From Acidobacteriota bacterium (GTDB taxonomy: Bacteria > Acidobacteriota > UBA6911 > RPQK01 > JAJDTT01), in the NCBI GenBank assembly GCA_965209055.1, contig OZ242374.1:1728001-1792000 (forward strand): 64,000 nucleotides of DNA. The letters are read 5' to 3'. Positions 1-10,144 of this stretch are shown one piece after another. The position numbers and the translations under genes are program-made. Below the pieces are notes generated by a model, which saw only the letters and a program-made list of their open reading frames with translations, searched no databases and had not been told where the DNA came from. How positions within the stretch are numbered: position 1 is the first letter of the stretch; each line of letters begins with the position of its first letter.

Positions 1-341
1 TGGCCAACGCCGCATGGAAAAACGTGTCGGACCAGCGGGGCATCTACCAGAATTACGCCAGGTCCTATATGGCGCGTCTCCAGTCCATGGGCTTCACGCT
101 GGACGATCTGGGGTTCGAGGGCGATCCGGCTCGGGTCTGGCCCGGCATCGCGTTGCGCTTCACGCTGTCTCAGCCGGGAGTTCATTGCGCCATCGCGGGC
201 ACCACCAGCATTCATAACGCCAGGGCCAATATCCGGGCCGCCGGTGAGGGTCCGCTCGCCGACCCGGTCGTCAAGAAAATTCGCCGGGCCTTTCTCTCCG
301 CACGGTCACGATCAGGCGAGGACTGGCCGGGATTGACCTGA
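1..341 (+). CDS. Aldo/keto reductase, C-terminal part (5' truncated by window edge)
   Basis: Frame open from the window start (ANAAWKN...); IALRFTLSQPGVHCAIAGTTSIHNARANI is a typical AKR C-terminal segment. Confidence 0.8.
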   Translation, partial: ANAAWKNVSDQRGIYQNYARSYMARLQSMGFTLDDLGFEGDPARVWPGIALRFTLSQPGVHCAIAGTTSIHNARANIRAAGEGPLADPVVKKIRRAFLSARSRSGEDWPGLT

Positions 342-346
342 ATCTC

Positions 347-925
347 ATGACTCTCCACCCTGACGACTACGGACCGATTCTGTCGCCGCTGCTGGACCCG
401 GAACGTCTTCCGGAACTGGGTCCGGGCCGGCCCGACCCCAGGATTCAGGGTCTGTTGGATGCGGTGACGCCGGATGGAGCCTTTGCCCATGCGAATCTCG
501 TGGACCGGGAAATGGCCCGTGCCTGTCTGGCGGGCCTCTGGCTCCACCATGACCATCTGGACCGCTCCCACGCCGTCAGTCAGACGATTCACTCGGCCAC
601 CGGAAGCTACTGGCATGGCATCATGCATCGGCGGGAGGGAGACTACCCCAACGCCAAGTACTGGTTTCGCCGGACCGGGGAGCATCCGGTCTTTCCGGAC
701 CTGGCTCGGAGCGCCGGGCGGATGACGGCCGGTGGCGGGGCCGATGCCGAACGGCTGAGCTCCGGAGAGCGCTGGGACCCCTACGCCTTCGTGGATCTGT
801 GCCGGGACTGTGTCTCAGGCCGTTCAGGAAGCACGGCGCTCTGCAGCCGGGTCCAGCGTCTGGAATGGGAACTCCTCTTCGACTTCTGTTACCGCCACGC
901 CACGGGAATCAGGATCGACTCCTGA
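347..925 (+). CDS. Conserved hypothetical protein
   Basis: 192-aa ORF with His-rich motif SHAVSQ...SYWHGIMHRREGDYPNAKYWFRR; tight spacing with neighbours. Confidence 0.7.
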   Translation: MTLHPDDYGPILSPLLDPERLPELGPGRPDPRIQGLLDAVTPDGAFAHANLVDREMARACLAGLWLHHDHLDRSHAVSQTIHSATGSYWHGIMHRREGDYPNAKYWFRRTGEHPVFPDLARSAGRMTAGGGADAERLSSGERWDPYAFVDLCRDCVSGRSGSTALCSRVQRLEWELLFDFCYRHATGIRIDS

Positions 926-955
926 GTCGTTGGAAGCGAACAGCGAGGAACTGAA

Positions 956-1789
956 ATGGTACGACTTCAGGACCAGGTTGCCGTCGTGACCGGAGGCGCC
1001 CAGGGTCTGGGAGGCGCCATCGCCCGCGGCTTGGCGGCGGAAGGAGCCTCGGTTCTGATCGCCGACATCGATCTGGACGAGGCTCACAGGAATGTCGAGC
1101 AGATTCAGGTAGCCGGCAATTCCGCGCTGGCGCTGCGGACCGACGTCAGCCGGAGAGAAGATCTGCAGGCGGCCGTGGAACGGGCGGTTCGGGAATGGGG
1201 AAGGCTGGACATCCTGGTCAACAACGCCTTTGACGTGTCCAGTGCCGGGACCGGAGGAGCCGTTCAGGTTTCGGAAGAGGACTGGGATGCCGGAATGAAC
1301 GTCATGGTCAAGGCCATCTACCGGGCGGTCAAGCTTGCGGTGCCCGAGATGATCAAGACCGGTGCCGGAAGCATCGTCAACATCTCTTCGGTCCATGGCC
1401 TGCTGACGGCTCCCGGGTTTCTGGTGTACGAGACGGCCAAAGCCGCGGTCATCGGCATGACCCGGCAGATGGCCTGTGAATTCGGCCCCGCAGGGATACG
1501 CGTCAACTCGATTCTGCCCGGTCACATGGTGACGGAGCGGCTCCAGCCCATGTGGGACGAGAACCCCTCCGGGCATGCCTACTTCCAGGATCAGTACCCC
1601 GTCGGCCGCTTGGGCACTCCGGAGGACATCGCCAATGGCGCGGTTTTCCTCTGCTCGGAGGAAGCCTCCTTCATCACCGGCCACGCTCTGGTCATCGACG
1701 GTGGTCTCTCCATCCAGCTTCAGGAGAATTTCGGAGTTCGCCAGGGCCGGTACATGGCGGAGCACCCGGAGACCCGGATCCCCGAATAG
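956..1789 (+). CDS. Short-chain dehydrogenase/reductase (SDR)
   Basis: TGGAQGLG Rossmann motif, LVNNA, YETAK catalytic YxxxK. Confidence 0.92.
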   Translation: MVRLQDQVAVVTGGAQGLGGAIARGLAAEGASVLIADIDLDEAHRNVEQIQVAGNSALALRTDVSRREDLQAAVERAVREWGRLDILVNNAFDVSSAGTGGAVQVSEEDWDAGMNVMVKAIYRAVKLAVPEMIKTGAGSIVNISSVHGLLTAPGFLVYETAKAAVIGMTRQMACEFGPAGIRVNSILPGHMVTERLQPMWDENPSGHAYFQDQYPVGRLGTPEDIANGAVFLCSEEASFITGHALVIDGGLSIQLQENFGVRQGRYMAEHPETRIPE

Positions 1790-1877
1790 GTTCACCCGCA
1801 TTGCGCCGAGCCGGAGAGCGGACCCGCTGCCGGATTTCCGCGCGGCATTCGCCACACGTGCGGGGTAGGATTCCGCC

Positions 1878-2810
1878 ATGAATCTGTGGCTTTTGGCTGG
1901 CGTCCTGGCCGTAACGGCTTCCTCGATCCAGGGTCAGGACCGAATCCGCGTCGGCGCCTGGAATATCGAGACCCTGGGATCGCCCGACAGCCGGGACTAT
2001 CTGCGCAAGTCTCCTTCCAACGGATACGGTGTGCCTCGGGAGCCGGCGGAGCTGGCGGAACAGATCGAGGTACTGCGGCTCGACGTGTTGGCTCTTTCGG
2101 AGATCGACGACACCGATGCACGTGAAGGCTCGATGACGAACCGGGTGCTGGATGAGGCGTTCCGGATCCTGAATCGGCGTGCCGGCAATGACTGGGATTA
2201 TCGGCTGTTTCCCAAACGGATCCGCCGATATAGCTCCCAACACACGGGTCTGGCCTGGAACCGGCAGCGAATTCGCGCCGTGGGCAGGCGTTTCCGGGTC
2301 CCTGTCGCCGACGTCACTCCACGCCGGTACTTCGAATGGGACCGGCATCCCCACGCCATGAAGTTCACCCGAGGAAACGGACGAACCGATTTCGTCGTGA
2401 TTCCCATTCACATGAAGGCGGGGAGGAATGATGCGGCTGTGAAGCAGCGGCGGAGCGAAGCGGAGGCGCTGGTCCGGGAGTTATCCGAGATCCAAGAACA
2501 TTTTCAGGATCGGGACATCATTCTCATCGGCGACTTCAATATGATTCGGCGCAGTGAACCGGCGGGCCGCGTTTATCGGAAAAAGGGAGGCCTGTTCGAT
2601 CTGAACTATTCGGATCGATCGACCCATATCGCCGATCTTCCCTTCGACCGGTGCTACATACCGAGGGCGCAGCGGGAGAACGAGTTCGCGGGTGTCACCC
2701 AGTTTCGGATCGTTGCACCGCCGGCGGGGGAGCGGAGGCGGTTCCGCCGGGAGTTTTCCGATCATTGGCCCATCGTTCTGGAGTTTGCGGAGTTGGCGGA
2801 CGACGATTGA
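1878..2810 (+). CDS. Secreted endonuclease/exonuclease/phosphatase (EEP) family protein
   Basis: Signal peptide; AWNIE, LSEI, IHMKA, IGDFN, FDR and SDHWPI motifs. Confidence 0.85.
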   Translation: MNLWLLAGVLAVTASSIQGQDRIRVGAWNIETLGSPDSRDYLRKSPSNGYGVPREPAELAEQIEVLRLDVLALSEIDDTDAREGSMTNRVLDEAFRILNRRAGNDWDYRLFPKRIRRYSSQHTGLAWNRQRIRAVGRRFRVPVADVTPRRYFEWDRHPHAMKFTRGNGRTDFVVIPIHMKAGRNDAAVKQRRSEAEALVRELSEIQEHFQDRDIILIGDFNMIRRSEPAGRVYRKKGGLFDLNYSDRSTHIADLPFDRCYIPRAQRENEFAGVTQFRIVAPPAGERRRFRREFSDHWPIVLEFAELADDD

Positions 2811-2825
2811 GTCGCGGGAGGGGCA

Positions 2826-2965
2826 GGCGGTTTTCCTACCGCCCCGTGTTTGCTTGCCTAATTGGATGGGGAAAGCGTAGAGGGGGGACTGCCGTCCCCC
2901 CTACCCCCCCCAAGAGGGCGACTAAAAGTCGCCCCTCCCATCGGCGGTAGGAAAACCGCCGCTCC
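2826..2965. repeat. REP/REPIN-like palindrome cluster
   Basis: GGCGGTTTTCCTACCGCC (2826-2843) and its exact reverse complement (2943-2960) enclose hairpins GGGGGGAC-TGCC-GTCCCCCC (2882-2901) and GGGCGACT-AAA-AGTCGCCC (2916-2934). Confidence 0.7.
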
Positions 2966-3015
2966 AGGCTTTCACCCTCGACTGCTAACCTCTAATCTGT
3001 TTTTCGGAGTCGATT

Positions 3016-3861
3016 TTGTCTGGAGGCCAAAATCGTTTGCCCCTGCGGGTTTCGTTCATCGAGTTCCTCAACGCGGTGCCGCTGGGATGGGGATTCCTGG
3101 AGGGCCGCCACGCCGGGATCCTGGATGTCGCCTTCGACGTCCCTTCCGAGTGCGCCCGCCGGCTGGCCGCCGGCGAGGCGGACGTGGCGCTGATCCCGGT
3201 CATCGAGTGCTGCCGGATCCCGGGGTTGAGAGTCCTTCCCGATATCTGCATCGCTTCCCGGCAGGAGGTCAAAAGCGTCTTTTTCGTAAGCAAGCTGCCC
3301 ATATCCCGAGTCTCCCGCCTGGCCCTGGACCGGTCCAGTCGCACTTCCGTCGCGCTTCTGAAGATCATTCTGGAACGGTTCCATGGCTGCGGACCCATCG
3401 AGTACGTGGTGGAGGATCCGGACCCTGAAAAAATGTTGGAGCGTTACGATGGAGCCCTGGTCATCGGAAACGCCGCCTTGCGGGTCTCCGGCAGTTCTCA
3501 CCGCGTTTACGATCTGGCCGCCGAGTGGTTCCGGTTCACGGGTCTTCCCTTCGTGTTCGCCGTCTGGGCGGTGCGTCCCGAGGTGACGCTGGGGAACCGG
3601 CTTCGCCTCTTTTACGAATCCCGGGAGCGGGGACTGCGGTCGATGGAGGACATTTCCCGGCGACACGCCGGGAGGCTGGGCCTGGAGGTGGCGGAGATGC
3701 GAAAATACCTGCTCAATCTCAACTACGTCCTGGATGGCAGCAGCCGTCGCGGCCTGGCAACCTTTCTCGATCTGGCCCGCGAAATGGGACTGATTCCGCC
3801 GGCAGCGAAGCTGGAATACTATCCCCTCCCAGACTCGCTCCAAGCCGCAATCAAAGGTTGA
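3016..3861 (+). CDS. mqnA: Chorismate dehydratase (futalosine menaquinone pathway)
   Basis: FLNAVPL, PSECA, SSRTSVALL, ALVIGNAAL, YDLAAEW...GLPFVFAVW motifs. Confidence 0.88.
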   Translation: MSGGQNRLPLRVSFIEFLNAVPLGWGFLEGRHAGILDVAFDVPSECARRLAAGEADVALIPVIECCRIPGLRVLPDICIASRQEVKSVFFVSKLPISRVSRLALDRSSRTSVALLKIILERFHGCGPIEYVVEDPDPEKMLERYDGALVIGNAALRVSGSSHRVYDLAAEWFRFTGLPFVFAVWAVRPEVTLGNRLRLFYESRERGLRSMEDISRRHAGRLGLEVAEMRKYLLNLNYVLDGSSRRGLATFLDLAREMGLIPPAAKLEYYPLPDSLQAAIKG

Positions 3862-5030
3862 TGCGGGTTCGAACGGGTCTTGACCACTTTCTGGAACAAC
3901 GCCTGGACCTGGTGGCCGGCAAGCGGGTCACCGTCGTCGCCCACGCCGCCTCGGTGGACTCCCGCCTCCGCAACATCGTCGACCTCTTCCGGCATCATCC
4001 CGGGATCGACCTGGTTTCGGTCATGGGCCCGCAGCACGGAATCTACGGCGAGACCCAGGACAACATGGTGGAGTGGGAGGGTTACCGGGATCCGGACTCG
4101 AATCTGCCCTTTCGCAGCCTGTATGGAGAGACCCGGCGGCCCACCCGGTCCATGTTGTCGGAAACCGACATCCTGGTGTTCGACCTGCAGGACGTGGGAG
4201 CCCGCTACTACACGTTCATCCACACCCTGGCCCTGGTCCTGGAGGCGGCGGGAGAGTCCGGAAAGGAGGTCGTGGTCCTGGACCGTCCCAATCCCATCGG
4301 CGGCGTCCGATTGGAGGGTCCCGTGCTGGACCCGGCCTTCCGTTCCTTCGTGGGGTTGCATCCGCTGCCGATCCGGCATGGGATGACCGTGGGAGAGATC
4401 GCCGGCTACCTGAACTCGGAGTTCGAGTTGGGATGCCCGCTCCAGGTGGTCCCCATGCAGGGTTGGAATCGGGAGATGTATTTCGAGGAGACGGGCCTGC
4501 CCTGGGTCATGCCCTCTCCCAACATGCCCACGGTGGAGACGGCCCTGGTCTATCCGGGCCTCTGCCTGCTGGAAGGGACCAACGTCTCGGAGGGGAGGGG
4601 GACCACGAGACCCTTCGAGTTGTCGGGAGCTCCCTGGATCCGGGCTCCGGCACTGGCCGCGGAACTGGAATCGGCCCGGCTTCCGGGAGCCCGCTTCCGG
4701 CCCCTCTATTTCATTCCCACCTTTCACAAATGGGCCGGCGAGCGGGTGGGGGGAATCCAGATCCACGTCACCGACAGAGCCCGGTTCCAACCCTTTCTGA
4801 CCGGACTGGTTCTGGTGCATCTGTATCGGGAGTTGAGCGGCGGAAGATTCGAGTGGAAACCGCCGCCCTACGAATACGAGACGGAGAAGCTCCCCTTCGA
4901 CATTCTTTGCGGTACGGACCGTCTCCGGCTCCAATTGGAAGACGGAACGGCGCCCCGGGATGCGGCCCGGGAATGGCAGTCCCAACTCGAGGTTTTCGAC
5001 CAAGTGCGGCGGCGGTATCTGCTCTACTGA
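3861..5030 (+). CDS. namZ: DUF1343 exo-beta-N-acetylmuramidase (NamZ-like)
   Basis: GPQHG, SLYG, FDLQDVGARYYTF, VLDRPNP, RHGMTVGE, PSPNMPT, SEGRGTTRPFE; ATG at 3861 overlaps the mqnA stop. Confidence 0.9.
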   Translation: MRVRTGLDHFLEQRLDLVAGKRVTVVAHAASVDSRLRNIVDLFRHHPGIDLVSVMGPQHGIYGETQDNMVEWEGYRDPDSNLPFRSLYGETRRPTRSMLSETDILVFDLQDVGARYYTFIHTLALVLEAAGESGKEVVVLDRPNPIGGVRLEGPVLDPAFRSFVGLHPLPIRHGMTVGEIAGYLNSEFELGCPLQVVPMQGWNREMYFEETGLPWVMPSPNMPTVETALVYPGLCLLEGTNVSEGRGTTRPFELSGAPWIRAPALAAELESARLPGARFRPLYFIPTFHKWAGERVGGIQIHVTDRARFQPFLTGLVLVHLYRELSGGRFEWKPPPYEYETEKLPFDILCGTDRLRLQLEDGTAPRDAAREWQSQLEVFDQVRRRYLLY

Positions 5031-5055
5031 CTTCTCGGGAGAAGAGAATCGACGA

Positions 5056-5769
5056 ATGCCGGAGGAGAGCCGCTTGGAGATCGAGGCCAAGGTTCCTCTC
5101 GAAGTGGAGGACCTGGATGGCGTGCGCTCCAGGCTGCGGGAGATCGGGGCTCGCCTCGGCACACCCCGCCTCCGTGAAGAGAACACCCTGTTCGACTTTG
5201 CCGATGGAAGACTGGAAAAGGCCGATTCCGCCCTCCGGGTCCGGACCTTCGGCCGGGCGTGCCTGCTGACCTACAAGGGAAGGTCGCGGGAGCACGCCTT
5301 CCTGAAGTTGCGGGAAGAGATCGAGACCCGCGTGGAGGACCCCGACGCCCTGATCAGGCTGCTGGAGCTTCTGGGGCTTCGAAAGGCCTTTCACTACTGG
5401 AAGTATCGCGAGATCTACAGCCTGGAATTTCCATTGGGGACAGTCACTGTCACGCCGGACGAGGCGCCCGCCCTATTGGGGACAGTCCCTTTGGAGACGC
5501 CATTGGAGACGGACATGGGCGCGGACATGGGGACAGTCCCTTTGGCGACAGACACCGTCGTGGGGACGGACATGGGGACAGTCCCGTTGGGGACAGTCAC
5601 CGTCGCGCTGGATGAGACGCCCATCGGCTTCTTCGCCGAGGTCGAAGGCCCGGAGGAATCGATTCGGGCGGTGGTGGAGCTCATGGGTTGGGACCCGGCG
5701 TCATTCATTCGTGAGAGTTACCCCAAGTTGTATCGGGAGCACGGCCTCGGGGCCCCGGAAACAGAATGA
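5056..5769 (+). CDS. CYTH / class IV adenylate cyclase-like protein with an internal repeat expansion
   Basis: EIEAK, LRVR, LTYKG, REEIE, KYREIY, LDETPIG and EVEG motifs; about 51 extra codons of GTVP repeats. Confidence 0.85.
   Translation: MPEESRLEIEAKVPLEVEDLDGVRSRLREIGARLGTPRLREENTLFDFADGRLEKADSALRVRTFGRACLLTYKGRSREHAFLKLREEIETRVEDPDALIRLLELLGLRKAFHYWKYREIYSLEFPLGTVTVTPDEAPALLGTVPLETPLETDMGADMGTVPLATDTVVGTDMGTVPLGTVTVALDETPIGFFAEVEGPEESIRAVVELMGWDPASFIRESYPKLYREHGLGAPETE
5434..5622 (+). repeat. In-frame GGGGACAGTC repeat expansion inside the CYTH gene
   Basis: GGGGACAGTC at 5436, 5478, 5529, 5574 and 5589; 36-bp imperfect direct duplication 5434-5469 / 5587-5622. Confidence 0.9.
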
Positions 5770-6776
5770 AGGCAATGATTCTCGCGGCCGGGCTGGGCAG
5801 CCGCCTGCGTCCGCTGACCTGGCTCCGGGCCAAGCCGGCCGTTCCCCTCTTGAACCGTCCCCTGATCCGCCATGCCTTCGACCTGCTGGATTCCCTGCGG
5901 ATCGGGGAGGTGGTGGTGAACCTGCATCACCTGGGCCGATCGGTGACCGGGGCGTTGGAGGGGGTGACGCCGAAGGTGCGCTATTCACCGGAAACGGAAA
6001 TCCTGGGCACGGCCGGAGCCGTGGGGCGGGTCCGGGATTTCTGGGGGACGGAGCCCTTCGTGGTCTGCAACGGGAAGATCTATTTCGAACAGGATCTGGG
6101 TCCGGTTCTGGCCACCCACTGCCGGAGCGGCGCGCTGGCGACCCTGGTCCTGGTGCCGCGGAAACCGGAAGATCCCTTCCGGCCCGTCTTCCTGGCCGGA
6201 GACGGGCGGATTCGAGCCTTCGGACAGGATCTGCCGGGACGGGCGGACGGGCCCGGCTACGTGTTCACCGGCGTCCAGATCCTCTCCGCCGCCGTTCTGG
6301 ACCTGATTCCGGAGGGCCCCTCGGACCTGGTCAAGCAGATCTACGAACCGTTGGTGGCCCGGCGCGGACCCGTCATGGGATTTGTCAGCCGGGCTCACTG
6401 GTTCGAGTGCAGCACCCCCGAGCGGTACCTGGAAAAGTCGATGGGACTGCTTGCCCGAAGGGGTCTGAACCAGCTCCCGGAGCATTCCGGAGGGAAGAAT
6501 TGCCGGAGCGTGGTTCTGGGGAGCGGCGTCCGGGTCCCGGAGGGAACCGCTCTTGAGCGCTGCGTGATCTGGGACGGCGCCCGCCTGGGCTCCCGTTGCC
6601 GGCTGCGGGACTCGATCGTCGCCGGCGAGGTGGAGATTCCCGCGGGGACCCGGCTGTCCAACGTCGTGGTGACACCCCCCTTCCCGGCGCCGCTTCGGCC
6701 CACCGGCGAGACCCATCCGGACTACTGGACCTGGCCGCTGGAAGGACCCTGGCCGGGCAAGGAGTCGGTTCCGTAG
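5766..6776 (+). CDS. Nucleotidyltransferase (MurU-like / NDP-sugar synthase)
   Basis: MKAMILAAGLGSRLRPLT...KP, VVVNLHH, ILGTAG, CNGK; C-terminal hexapeptide-like region; adjacent to an AmgK-like kinase. Confidence 0.85.
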   Translation: MKAMILAAGLGSRLRPLTWLRAKPAVPLLNRPLIRHAFDLLDSLRIGEVVVNLHHLGRSVTGALEGVTPKVRYSPETEILGTAGAVGRVRDFWGTEPFVVCNGKIYFEQDLGPVLATHCRSGALATLVLVPRKPEDPFRPVFLAGDGRIRAFGQDLPGRADGPGYVFTGVQILSAAVLDLIPEGPSDLVKQIYEPLVARRGPVMGFVSRAHWFECSTPERYLEKSMGLLARRGLNQLPEHSGGKNCRSVVLGSGVRVPEGTALERCVIWDGARLGSRCRLRDSIVAGEVEIPAGTRLSNVVVTPPFPAPLRPTGETHPDYWTWPLEGPWPGKESVP

Positions 6777-6811
6777 AGGGCCACCCCGCTGCGGTAGAGT
6801 GAGCCTGAGCC

Positions 6812-7810
6812 ATGCACTTGGACGAGGGGGTTCAGCAGTTTCTGGAAAAGGAGCTTCCGGGCGCCGGAGCCTGGGGAATCCGGAAGCTGAAGGGAGACGC
6901 TTCCACCCGCGAATACTTCAGGTGCAGGGTCCCGGACTCGGAGACCGCCATCCTGACCCTGTACCCGGAACCTTTCGACCCGGCTGAGTCGACCTACCTT
7001 CAGGTCTATCGGATGCTCCGCCGCATCGGTCTGCCGATCCCGCGGATCCACGCCGTCGACGGAGACCTGGGCGCGGTGCTGCAGGAAGACCTGGGCGACA
7101 TGACCCTGGAGCGGCGCCTTCGCGGGGCGGGAACCCGGGAGCGGAAACGGCTGCTGTGTCAGGCCGCCCGGCACCTGATCGTCCTCCAGCGGAAGGGGCC
7201 CCAGGCGGCGGATCCGGATTGGCCGGTTCTGCAACTGGCGTTCGATCTGGAGAAACTGACCTGGGAGCTCCAGTTCTTCCGGCGGCACTTCCTGGAGGGT
7301 TACTCCTCCGTCCGCGTCGAGCGGGAGAAGCTCGCGTCGGAGTGCCTGGCGCTCTGCGGCGAGCTCGCCGAGGCCGAGCGGTTCGTCTGCCACCGGGACT
7401 ACCAGGTCAGGAACCTGATGCTGAAGGAGGGACGGGTCTACATGATCGACTTCCAGGACGCCCGCCTCGGACCCCAGGCGTACGATCTGGTGTCTCTCCT
7501 GTTGGATTCCATCGCTCTGCCTCCCGGCGAGGTCGAGGAACTCGTGGACTTCTACCTGCAGGGAGGATCCCCGGCGGTGGACGCCGGACGGTTCCGGCGC
7601 CAGTTCCATCTCGCGGCCATTCAGAGACTTCTGAAGGCGTTGGGCACCTTCGGGTACCAGGCCGGCGCACTGGGGAGAGAGGCGTACGAAGCCTACATTC
7701 CGGGCACCCTGGAGCGGGTCGCCGCCGCCTTGAAGACGATTCCCGAGTTCCCCTATATTCATGCTCTGGTCGAGGCGCAGGTGGCTGCTGCAGGGCGGGA
7801 TTCATGCTGA
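6812..7810 (+). CDS. APH-family phosphotransferase (AmgK-like anomeric MurNAc/GlcNAc kinase)
   Basis: [55 protein letters not shown]. Confidence 0.85.
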   Translation: MHLDEGVQQFLEKELPGAGAWGIRKLKGDASTREYFRCRVPDSETAILTLYPEPFDPAESTYLQVYRMLRRIGLPIPRIHAVDGDLGAVLQEDLGDMTLERRLRGAGTRERKRLLCQAARHLIVLQRKGPQAADPDWPVLQLAFDLEKLTWELQFFRRHFLEGYSSVRVEREKLASECLALCGELAEAERFVCHRDYQVRNLMLKEGRVYMIDFQDARLGPQAYDLVSLLLDSIALPPGEVEELVDFYLQGGSPAVDAGRFRRQFHLAAIQRLLKALGTFGYQAGALGREAYEAYIPGTLERVAAALKTIPEFPYIHALVEAQVAAAGRDSC

Positions 7811-9099
7811 CCCAGGTCTATATTCGAGACGTTCCGTCCCACGTGGGCCGCGAGGTCAGCATCAAGGGCTGGCTCTACAACAAGACCCACAAGGGACGAT
7901 TGTGGTTCCTCCTGGTCCGGGACGGTACCGGCGTGATTCAGTCGGTCCTGTTCAAGGGAAATGTGGCCCGCGAAGTCTTCGATGCCGCCGAGGCTCTGAC
8001 CCAGGAATCCTCCCTGCAGATTACCGGGACGGTCCGGCGGGACAAGCGGGCGCCCGGCGGCTACGAGCTGGACGCCAGCGGGATGGAGGTGGTGCAGATC
8101 GCGCAACGCTACCCCATCACGCCCAAGGAGCACGGGACCTCCTTCCTCATGGACCACCGGCATCTCTGGCTGCGGTCGTCCCGGCAGCACGCGATCCTGC
8201 GGATACGGCATCAGTTGATCAAGGCCGCCCGCGACTTCTTCGACGAGCGGGGATTCGTGCTGGTGGACACGCCGATCCTGACTCCCGTCGCGTGCGAAGG
8301 GACGACGAATCTCTTTCCGGTGAAGTACTTCGACACCCCGGCCTACCTGAGCCAGAGCGGGCAACTGTACAGCGAGGCCTCCTGCATGTCCTTCGGCAAG
8401 GTCTACTGCTTCGGCCCCACCTTCCGCGCCGAGAAGTCCAAGACCCGCCGGCACCTGATGGAGTTCTGGATGGTGGAGCCGGAAGTGGCCTACGCCGATC
8501 TGGACGACATCATGGTCCTGGCCGAGGAGTTCGTCTCCTACCTGGTGGCCGAAGCCCTGAGGGAAGGGGAGGAGGAACTGTCGATCCTGGGCCGCGACAC
8601 GGGACCGCTGAAGAAGGTGACACCTCCGTTTCCCAGGCTCACCTACGCCGAAGCCTTCGATCTGCTGGAGCGGGAGGGCAGCGAGACGCCCCGGGGAGCG
8701 GACCTGGGGGGAACCGACGAGACCATCGTCTCCTCCCAGTTCGACCGGCCGGTCATGGTTCACCGCTATCCCGCCGCCGTCAAGGGTTTCTACATGGAAC
8801 CGGATCCGGAGAACCCCGACCTGGCGCTCTGCATGGACATGCTGGCGCCGGAGGGATACGGGGAGATCATCGGGGGAAGCCAGCGGATCCACGACTACGA
8901 ACTCCTGATGGAAAGGGTGCGGGAGCACGACCTCCCCGTGGAACCACTCTCCTGGTACCTGGATTTGCGGAAATACGGCAGCGTGCCCCACTCCGGGTTC
9001 GGCCTGGGAATCGAACGGGTCCTCTCCTGGATCTGCGGGATTCCCCACGTCCGGGAGACCATTCCCTTTCCCAGGATGCTCCACCGGCTGTTCCCTTGA
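7804..9099 (+). CDS. asnS: Asparagine--tRNA ligase
   Basis: OB-fold (KGWL, RDGTG), [51 protein letters not shown]. Confidence 0.95.
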   Translation: MLTQVYIRDVPSHVGREVSIKGWLYNKTHKGRLWFLLVRDGTGVIQSVLFKGNVAREVFDAAEALTQESSLQITGTVRRDKRAPGGYELDASGMEVVQIAQRYPITPKEHGTSFLMDHRHLWLRSSRQHAILRIRHQLIKAARDFFDERGFVLVDTPILTPVACEGTTNLFPVKYFDTPAYLSQSGQLYSEASCMSFGKVYCFGPTFRAEKSKTRRHLMEFWMVEPEVAYADLDDIMVLAEEFVSYLVAEALREGEEELSILGRDTGPLKKVTPPFPRLTYAEAFDLLEREGSETPRGADLGGTDETIVSSQFDRPVMVHRYPAAVKGFYMEPDPENPDLALCMDMLAPEGYGEIIGGSQRIHDYELLMERVREHDLPVEPLSWYLDLRKYGSVPHSGFGLGIERVLSWICGIPHVRETIPFPRMLHRLFP

Positions 9100-9187
9100 C
9101 CCGCATTGTTCTGCGATGAGCGGCTCCTTGCCCCGGGATGGAGACGCGGCCCTTTCAATTGGTATGATTCATCTACCGAGGGAACTC

Positions 9188-10144
9188 ATGGAGACCCGTC
9201 TGCTGGACGGCAAGAAGGTCGCCGCCCGGATCAAGAGTGAACTGTCGCAGGAGATCCGGACGCTGACGTCGGGCGGCGTGGTTCCGGGTCTGGCCACGGT
9301 CCTGGTGGGGGACAATCCGGCCTCGCGCTTCTACGTGGCCAGCAAGACCCGGGCCTGCCGGGAGTTGGGAATGCATTCGAAAGCGGTGGAGCTCCCGGCG
9401 GAGACCACCACCGAAGAGTTGCTGGCGGTCGTCCAAAGGCTCAACGAAACGGACCGGATCGACGCTATCCTGGTGCAGATGCCCCTGCCCTCCCACATCG
9501 ACACCGAGCGCACGCTGATGGCGGTTCGGCCGGACAAGGACGTGGACGGGTTCCACCCGGTGAATACGGGGAGACTCTGCTCCGGAAACCCGGGCCTGGT
9601 GCCCTGTACGCCGCAGGGAATCATGGAGTTGCTGTTCCGCGAGGGGATTCCCCTCCGGGGGGCCGAGGCGGTGGTGGTGGGAAGGAGCAATATCGTGGGC
9701 AAGCCCATGTTTTTTCTGCTGCTCCAGGAACATGCCACGGTCACCGTCTGCCATTCCCGGACCCGGGACCTGCCCCAGGTCTGCCGCCGCGCCGATATTC
9801 TGGTCGTCGCGGTGGGCCGGCCGGCTCTGCTCACGCGGGACTACATCAAGAAGGGCGCCGTCGTCGTCGACGTGGGAGTCAACCTGCTCCGGGACCGGGA
9901 CGAGGTCATTCGCCTTTTCGGCGATGGTTCGCGCAAACTGGCGGCGTTCGACAAGAGGGGCTCGGTGCTGGTGGGCGACGTCCACCCCCAGGCCGCGCCG
10001 GGATGGGCCGCGGCGGTGACGCCGGTGCCGGGAGGCGTCGGCCCCTTGACCATCGCGCTTTTGATGAAGAATACGGTTCGAGCCTGCCGGCAACGACGCG
10101 GGAAAACCGGTACGGTCTCTAAATCGATCGTGGGGGAATCATGA
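9188..10144 (+). CDS. folD: Methylenetetrahydrofolate dehydrogenase/cyclohydrolase
   Basis: LDGK, PGLATVLVG, QMPLP, KDVDGFHP, PCTP, GRSNIVGKP, TPVPGGVGPLT; start codon approximate. Confidence 0.95.
   Translation: METRLLDGKKVAARIKSELSQEIRTLTSGGVVPGLATVLVGDNPASRFYVASKTRACRELGMHSKAVELPAETTTEELLAVVQRLNETDRIDAILVQMPLPSHIDTERTLMAVRPDKDVDGFHPVNTGRLCSGNPGLVPCTPQGIMELLFREGIPLRGAEAVVVGRSNIVGKPMFFLLLQEHATVTVCHSRTRDLPQVCRRADILVVAVGRPALLTRDYIKKGAVVVDVGVNLLRDRDEVIRLFGDGSRKLAAFDKRGSVLVGDVHPQAAPGWAAAVTPVPGGVGPLTIALLMKNTVRACRQRRGKTGTVSKSIVGES

Noticed and set aside
5434-5622. Diversity-generating retroelement TR/VR pair
   Set aside because: The duplication is only 36 bp, the mismatches are not adenine-specific, and there is no reverse transcriptase in the window.
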